DNA of 64,000 nt, taken from assembly GCA_035221665.1 (NCBI GenBank), contig CM069155.1, positions 10,292,001-10,356,000 of the forward strand. Direction: 5' to 3'. The position numbers and the translations under genes are program-made. The notes under the pieces were generated by a model that saw nothing but the letters and a program-made list of their open reading frames with translations, was not told where the DNA came from and searched no databases. Each line of letters starts with the position of its first letter. Positions within the stretch are counted from its first letter, which is position 1. Below, in pieces: positions 56,670 to 64,000 of this stretch. This DNA comes from Okamejei kenojei. Its lineage: Eukaryota.

Positions 56670-57338
56670 TAGGATGGTGATGGCCGAAAGCCACGAGGCT
56701 TTGCATGTCACACACGTATTATCTGGTTTCTTTTTTTAATGTTATCGTAGAGCCTTGATCATATCGAGTTTCGCAGATTAGCGACAAAAAGTAGCCGAGA
56801 AGTGGAAGATGGGAGTTTCAGGACACCATTGGTAGCCGGGTTGTAGATGTCAATCTGCTTTTCATATATATGCAATAACAGAAGGAAACTGAGACTATTA
56901 TAAAGTATTTATGTAATTATTTGATAACGTGTAAATATACTGAAATTAGAATACTCAAAATTATTCTTTAATTTATTGTTGTTGTACATACATCTGTATA
57001 TAAGGCTGCAAGCCTTTATTTGTTAGTCATACCCATTTCAGTACAACTCCCTATTAATCAGAATGCCGGCATTGTTACCACTATTTTACCTAGTAATGTG
57101 TTACCTTCCAACATTAAAAACAAAACCTTTGTAGAGTACAAGATGTGCCATTTTTAGCTTTTATCATTGTTTCAGTGTTAAAGTGCTATTGTCTTTACAG
57201 TTTAGAGTAACAAAAAAATACACAAGCTCACCTGTTGCTTGAAAAGTAATGAAGATGCTTTTGGGGGAGGGTGGGGTACTTGGTGTGTCGAAAGGAATGG
57301 AAATTTTATGCTTACAGCTTGAAAGTGCCGAGAGTTAA

Positions 57339-57442
57339 AATAAATAAATGAAGGTATATTTTGTGTTATAAAATATTGAATTTTCTTGGTTTTCTTGTAC
57401 TATTTGTTTTGCTTTGAAGTTCTCATAAAATGTTTCAATAAA
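57339..57442 (+). terminator. candidate tbx3 polyadenylation signals
   Basis: AATAAA at 57339-57344, 57343-57348 and 57437-57442, about 0.7 kb after the stop, followed by T/GT-rich sequence. Confidence 0.55.
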
Positions 57443-59088
57443 TTTTTATCCAAGTCTCTTGTACCTGTTATTGCAATCAAACTTCCATTCAATCATACAG
57501 CCCCCCCCCCCCCCCCCCCCCCCCCCGCAGATGAATTTAGTGAGATCATTATTTTACTTGACAATTAATCCTCAAATTTAAATGGCGTTTGTTCATCCTT
57601 GCTGTTAAGATATGCAATTTCTTAGAAGTGGTTCTGTGGATTTCAGGTTACTGATCAGAAATATATCCTTTCGCAGGGTTGCCCATCATCCTTCCTACAT
57701 TCTCCCACTTAATTATCTGGCCTTAGTTACTTCACTCGCCATTAAACTTTATCCCTTGCCACCGCACCACACAACGTCCCTTTTCAACTGTAAATGTATC
57801 CTACCCACTGTCTCATTTAAACCTACTTTGCAGTTTGTTAAATAGTCCCCTAATATATTCCATGTTTGCAATGTATGATATCGCCTCCACACTATGTTCC
57901 ATAAACTTATTCCCAATCTTAAATACGATCTCATTCTCTGTACCACACAGAGGATGCTTATGTATCCTCTCCCAACATAAAATATTCTTCCCACTGTACT
58001 GTGTAAACTGCATTCACACTTTGCCATGTAACCTTCCAATTTTATTGTGCTACCTCAATGTGCTTCTGCATTACTCCTGCTAAACAGCTTTGAGTATCAT
58101 TTAACCAAACTCTGCACATATCTATTTCCCACTTTTAAACACCGCCCACCATTCCCATTGTAAAGGCCATAGAGTATTTGCCACAGTAACTTTCTACCAT
58201 CCCAGAGGAATATGTTGATGGCATAATCATCCTCATTTGTAGTGAAGACTCAATTTGTTTCACTAAAGCATCAGTGGACATTAAACAACGCTGTATTTCT
58301 CCGCTGAAGAATGCAGTGTTTTATTTAAAGGAATAGGGTAAGATTCTTGTTCAAAATTACATAACCCCCCTCTGATATCACGATTTCAGATCTGAGATCT
58401 CGAGGTTAGAATTTGTAAGCCACCAGACCACATGATACATTCACGAGGGCTCATTTAATGTCGCCTAACAGACACAGACAGTGGAATCTACATATTTTTT
58501 TCCCCCAAAAGAGCAGGAACCTTGCGGCATTCTCAATACCACGTTTCTGGAAATACAAGTGTGTTTTTTACCTTAATGAACGAGGGGACTAATCAAAATG
58601 TTGTGGTCACGTAAAGAAACATATGTAATGTCAGTTTCATGGAGAGAAGGCAAATCCCCAGAGCGAAAGGGCAGCCGGGTTGCAGACTGCGTTGACTGTT
58701 TTCTTATTTATGATGTATGCAACTCACGCCCTAACTTGTTTAATTTTAAATCCAATTGGGGCTAGTAACCTGCGAATGTCTAAGCAACTTTTTTAACGCA
58801 ATTTATTTAGATTAACGTCACCTTTTTCAAAGCGCCATCCCTTGAAAACGTATGAAACGTCCATAAAGTACTATTTTATTTTAAAAGTTAACTTTTCAAG
58901 CCGAAGATGACGCGGGAACAATGTCCGCTGACCTGTTGACGGTGATGTTAATAAATAACCTCAGCGGCGCTCCTGTATCAAGGCAAACAATGCGCACTCT
59001 GCTCGTTTTATCAGTGTATCAACTCACCTGGCGCCTCCGCTGATCTGATGTGTGATTTCAACAGCTTGGGACTTTACCCTGGTCACTG

Positions 59089-59106
59089 AGCGCCATCTAG
59101 GGGTTA
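59089..59106 (-). promoter_or_regulatory. CTCF motif
   Basis: Minus strand CCCCTAGATGGCGCT versus consensus CCASYAGRKGGCRS. Confidence 0.65.
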
Positions 59107-59915
59107 GCGCTCTCAATAATCCCACTGACCCGAGCAGAGTGGAAAGGTCACTCCATGGCCAGTCTGCGTAAAAAAAATAATCATCGCAGGCTCGCCTGTC
59201 TAGATACAGAATTGAATATCGTTTCATTACCCCTTTTTTTTTGGGGGGGGGGGGGGGGAAGTTGGGATAGAACGTGCAGCATAATTAGTGTATTGTTCCC
59301 GTAGCCAATACCTCCAACAAATTGGCCTGAAGCTGAGATGAGTTATTTTATAAAGTTACATTTAAAAATGTACCATTTCCTTCATAAGTCCGGTAGCTGT
59401 AATATTAAAAAAAAACGAAGAATGATTGAAAATATATTTCAAAATAACTGCGCCTATTTGAAAATTAATTATTTGAGGGGAAAGCGCGATGGATTCATTA
59501 TTTAGAATGACTACAATATATTTTCAAACCTTCTGTGGTCTGGAGAAGATCAAATTAATACGGTGGTGTGGTTTGATGGCTCAATATAAAGGCCCTGCAC
59601 GTCACAGAGGAGGTATTTTATGAATGAGGCATTTAATTTCCCGTAGGACTCTTTTTATTTAATTATTGAGCCGCGCACTGCCAAGCTTCAACCATTTGTA
59701 GCTTTACTTTTACAACCGTTTAAATAACAGTAAACGCCGGAAATGTACGTTTTATTTATTCACAAAACTGTTCTTTATCCGCTGAGAAAACCTTATTTTT
59801 GTATATCTCACATCAGGCACGATAATTTTACTTTTCAATTATATCCTACCGCAACTATACAGGTTGGATTCTTAGCCAGACGTCGAGATCAAGAGAAAGC
59901 CCGCGTTCAAATTAC

Positions 59916-59998
59916 ACAGAAACATGGAAAATAGGTGCAGGAGGAGGCCATTCGGCCCTTCGAACCAGCACCGCCATTCATTGTGATCATGGCTGATC
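59916..59998 (-). mobile_element. CR1-clade LINE extreme 3' end
   Basis: ataggtgcaggaggaggccattcggcccttcg...gatcatggctgatc, reverse complement of 25330-25395. Confidence 0.78.
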
Positions 59999-60419
59999 TA
60001 ATTAATGTGATGTGTCACTTTGATGTGAAGTTGGGCAAGACGTACAGGTGAAGATTCTAACCTGTAGATTTGCAGGAAAAAAAAACAAAATACAAATTAA
60101 AAAAAAAATATCAGCAAGTCAGCAAGGGAAACGATTCTGAAATAATTTCCTCCTAAAATTTAAATTGATAGGAAATTTGCCAAACAAGATAAACAAACTG
60201 TGTAACTCAAGTGCAAACTGAAGCAATACGACGCGATGTTACAAAGTCTACTAAGTAGGTCGACAGCCGACTGGTAAGTACATACGGCGATAATGATCAA
60301 TTCAGAGGACCACGCGTAGTTAATAAATGTCGATGAGGTGTGTGTTCTCCTCAGCTTCATTCTATTACTCAGCCGGGTCAGAACCGGCCGGCAGATTTAC
60401 TGCAGCCGATGAAGCGTGA

Positions 60420-60435
60420 GGCGCCATCTATAGGG
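60420..60435 (-). promoter_or_regulatory. CTCF motif
   Basis: Minus strand CCTATAGATGGCGCC. Confidence 0.55.
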
Positions 60436-61248
60436 AGGTGTCAATTAGTTTGTTTCAGCCGGAGCGACAAGCCTTTCCTTTTGGCAACCGGTTCGCTTGA
60501 CAGACGACTGACGCCGGGGTGTCCAGCCGCGCTGACCCTTTCCACACCTCGGAACAATGGCTAGGGGGGGGGGGGGGGGGGGGGGGGGGCACTTGGGCTT
60601 GCCTGCGGGCTTGAATGTGCACAGACTGGGCGCACCCACCAAACGCAGCTCCGGGGCACAGCTTCACGGAGGCCAGCCGGGGCACGGTGGAGCGCTCTCC
60701 AAATTGCCTCTGACTCGCGTCGAGGTCATAACAAAGGCTGCCCGATCACTCTGTGCATTTGGCCCCGGCGAAGGCAATGCTCTCGCATACATTCCACTTG
60801 GCGGAGCTCCAGTACCAGATAACCTCCATAGCGGGTCTGCAAAAGCGTTCAAGGCGCTGCAGAAGGGAGGGAGGGATGGGAGGGGGATCCTGTAGGGGTC
60901 TATCCCGTTGGCACCGCCCGAAAGAAAATAATAAACCGGCCCGCAGTTGGAAACATCATGAAAAGACGGCAGAATATTAAACGTCCGCTAACATATCTTT
61001 CAACATCGCTCAGACGCCTTTCATTTTGTAAACAGCTGTATTCAGATTGCTCGATAAATGAGAAGTTGGTTTCAAGTACAGGATGGCACTTCACAATTTA
61101 ATTATCTGATGCATCTCTCTTCCGTTGACGGGATGTTGACTTTAAAAAAAAATATGATTTTGAAAAATAACAGCAACTTATTGAAGGGCTAAGTACAAGA
61201 GAAGCGAATGGCATTTTCCGACAGATCAAATCTGACACCCCCCTCCCT

Positions 61249-61346
61249 GTCTGAAGAAGGGTTCCCACCGAAGTGTTACTCGTTCCTTCTCTCCAGAGAT
61301 GCTGCCTGTCCCGCTGGGTTACTCCGGCACTTTGTGTCAATCTTCA
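61249..61346 (+). mobile_element. Penelope-like pLTR fragment
   Basis: gtctgaagaagggttcccaccgaagtg...gagatgctgcctgtcccgctg; an older copy follows at ~61452-61540. Confidence 0.68.
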
Positions 61347-62449
61347 GAGCAAATCTCAAGTTCGACGTACGTTTAAATTGTTTTGATTTTTGTTTTAGTT
61401 CGTAAAATGCCCTTTGGAGAGATGGGGGCGCACAAAGGACCGCAGATGTGGGACTGAAGACGGGTTCTCAATCCTTAAAGTTATTTGTCGATTGGGTTTT
61501 GCAGATGCTGCCTGGCCTGTTGAATTCATCAAGACTGTTTCTTGCTCTGTATACAGTGAGTTTTTTTTTGTTTAATACATTAGCACCTGAGGCTTTGTTC
61601 AGCAGGTCGTGCAGACGCTGGGAGTTTCTAGTGCACTTGCCCCCAAGTGTATTGACCAGCATCTGCGAGGAGCTGTCTCCAAAGCGCTGACGTGTCTCCT
61701 GGTGGCGAATTTAGATCAAACGCCACCCTCGGGTTAACGCGCACCAACCTGCATATCTGCAGCGCTTTGACTGCAGTGATACCGCCCAAGATAATCAACA
61801 GGCGAAAGGAACTTCACAGGGCCTTACTTACCAAGATCATTCGTGCAGATGGTTAATTAAACCGCGATTTAAAAAAAAAAATACATATCGCGTAGATTGC
61901 CGGAAATCAGAAATAAAAACAGAAAATGTGCTGGAAACACAAAGTACACCTGGAGGCATTTGTGGGAAACGAGAGTGGAGTGGAGCGTGTGGAATTGTCA
62001 ATCTGAATGGGGGGGAAAACTAATAGATTTTAAATTGTAGAGAGGGAGGCGGATGAATGGAAAGGAGAAGGGGAAGAATCGACCTGGATCAAAGTATTGG
62101 TTGGGTTGTTGAGTGAGTCATGGATACTGGCAGCGAGGATTCGGCGTGTTAAGGACGAGGTAGTGAGATGGCAATATTCCTGAACTTTGTGACGTTGTAA
62201 AGTGATGAGGAATGGACCGACACCAGGATGCTGGGATATCAGTGGGGTTTCAGTCTGGAGAAAGTACAGAGATGGAGGACAGAAACCGGGTAAGTTTAAT
62301 GCATTGCATTCGTCAAAAATATTGAATATTTAAGTTAAGCAAATGTCTGAGTTATTGTCAAATGTTGCACCTTTTTATCGTCCACTTGGATTGTTTAAGG
62401 CGTGTGCGACCTTCCACTTCTTAGGCCGTCCTGTAACTTGGAGGATGAG

Positions 62450-62890
62450 TTATTCTCATTCAGTCTTTTTGGATGCTCAGGTGCCTGATGAGGTTATTGT
62501 AGGAACCACAGATTCTTCCTGGGACTGACGGTGGCCAACAGGGTGGAGGGTGTTTGGTGTCTGAGGTGGACATCTCCTTCTGTTGCTCACACAAGACTTT
62601 GTTGTGCTCCTGATGCATGATGTCACTGTTCTCAATACCATCCTGACTCTTTCTTCTCCACTTTGAATGGTTATGAACCTGAGATTCACAGAGGTTAGTG
62701 GGGAATGTTGCCTTTCCTCATCTTTGAATCTTTTCTTCTGTCTGCCTGGTAATCTGTTCCCATGACAGAGCTTGGCGTGGAGTTTAGGGAGCCTGGCGTC
62801 AGGAAACCTACACAGCCAACTTCGTATAACTAGGGCCTCATAACAGGGAACAGTGGCCTGGAAGAGGATTCACTTTGGTTCACTTGTCCT
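62450..62890 (-). mobile_element. degraded RTE-clade LINE 3' part
   Basis: Minus strand PDARLPKLHAKLCHGNRLPGRQKKRFKD, similar to the RTE motif RLPKQLLY.EL..GKR..GGQKKRFKD. Confidence 0.7.
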
Positions 62891-62992
62891 TTCAGTGAGC
62901 AACTGCTAATGGTCCATGCAAGGACAGCATCAGCTGTTGCCCTCTGTTAGGCAACACTGATCCCTTACATGATACATATCCCAATACAGTAA

Positions 62993-63207
62993 TGTGTTTA
63001 AGAAGGAACTGTAGATGCTGGAAAATCGAAGGTAGACAAAAGTGCTGGAGAAATTCAGCGGGTGCAGCGAAGGAAATAAGCAACATTTTATACCAAAACC
63101 CTTCTTCAGCCATTCTGAAGGAGGGTTTCTGCCCGAAACGTTGCCTATTTCCATCGCTCCGTAAATGCTGCTGCACCCGCTGAGTTTCTCCAGCACTTTT
63201 GTCCACC
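62993..63207. mobile_element. Penelope-like inverted pLTR pair (distinct subfamily) with 14-bp target-site duplication
   Basis: TCCCAATACAGTAA 62979-62992 / TCCCATAACAGTAA 63208-63221; sense arm ctgaaggagggtttctgcccgaaacgttgcc. Confidence 0.78.
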
Positions 63208-63479
63208 TCCCATAACAGTAAGTTAGGTTCTGCAATGTATTTATCGGGTAATGTGAGCATGGTTGTTTATATGAAAAAAAAAAAAAATTGTTGTGCCCAC
63301 GATGGTAAAATTATTATCGGAGACTGTACGTTCAACTTATCCTTTGTGTTGTGCCCAATGCTGTTCCCCTGTGTGAATACTCTTATGGTGGTGCAACAAA
63401 TGCATGGAAACACTAAGGTGGCCACATACTCACAAAGTGTATTGGAGTACAATAGATTTTAGTAGCATGTAGGTAACAC

Positions 63480-64000
63480 ACCATACTTGTCACATACATT
63501 CTTAATATTATTAATATTAACAGTTATGTCTTATTTGCATTTCTATACATTTTTTTGTTTTATTGCAGATAGGAAAAAATAGAGAAAAATAAAGAAAAAT
63601 AGAAAAAAAATTTTAAAAAAATGAGTGGAGTGTTAAACAGGTTATCCATCGTTGGAGATATATCCATGATTTGTTATGTAAGATTCTTCATCTATTCCTT
63701 TATTCAGGCTTCAGTCAGGCTCTCGCACCGAGCCATTTTGACCCTTTATTCAATAAATGGAGACCATATCCCTCTGAAAAGATCCAACTTGTCCAGTAGG
63801 ACAAGCCTTAATCTTTCCAGATGAAGTGGCTCCGACATTCCTGTAATCCACATTTTGGTTGTGGGCGATGTAGGACCTTTCCAGAATTTCAATATTAATT
63901 TGTTCCCAATTATTAAACTGTAATCAATAAAACAATCTTTGATTCGTTGTTATTAATTGATCTGTTTCTAATATTCCCAATATTATTAATTTTGAGTCAG
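63480..64000 (-). mobile_element. L1-clade LINE 3' end (continues beyond the window)
   Basis: Minus strand SLIIGNKLILKFWKGPTSPTTKMWITGMSEPLHLERL...FRGIWSPFIE*, a fish-type L1 ORF2 C-terminus. Confidence 0.75.

Noticed and set aside
57690-58260. CpG-poor block after the 3'UTR, possibly a degraded LINE
   Set aside because: Too decayed to assign from the sequence alone.

Overview
Vertebrate genomic DNA, most likely a cartilaginous fish (skate/ray), judged from elasmobranch HE1-type V-SINEs and the repeat spectrum. The only protein-coding gene is an intact tbx3 on the + strand: 7 coding exons at 49096-56669, 726 aa, all GT-AG. It has a CCAAT/GC-box promoter, two candidate uORFs and a 3'UTR with clustered Pumilio elements. 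The first ~23 kb is a CpG-poor, transposon-rich stretch (Tc1, Tx1, CR1, Rex1/Babar, RTE, MITE, Helitron-like element, SINEs). From ~22.9 kb to ~62 kb the DNA retains CpG and has few large TEs, consistent with a hypomethylated domain around tbx3. The most striking non-coding signal is a dispersed short repeat family (more than a dozen loci) carrying a minimal type-I hammerhead ribozyme core (CTGAAGA-A-GGGTCTCGACCC-GAAACGTC). It repeatedly occurs as antisense+sense pairs between 12-17 bp direct repeats, the architecture of Penelope-like pLTR insertions. Other leads: same-orientation CTCF motifs just 3' of tbx3, an in-frame stop-containing segment at the position of mammalian TBX3 exon 2a, an internally inverted Tc1, and a probable (TA)n-mediated inversion or mis-oriented contig at 28 kb. 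Nearly all other ORFs in the track are TE debris or noise. Three N-gaps are present. TE boundaries are approximate, read by eye.
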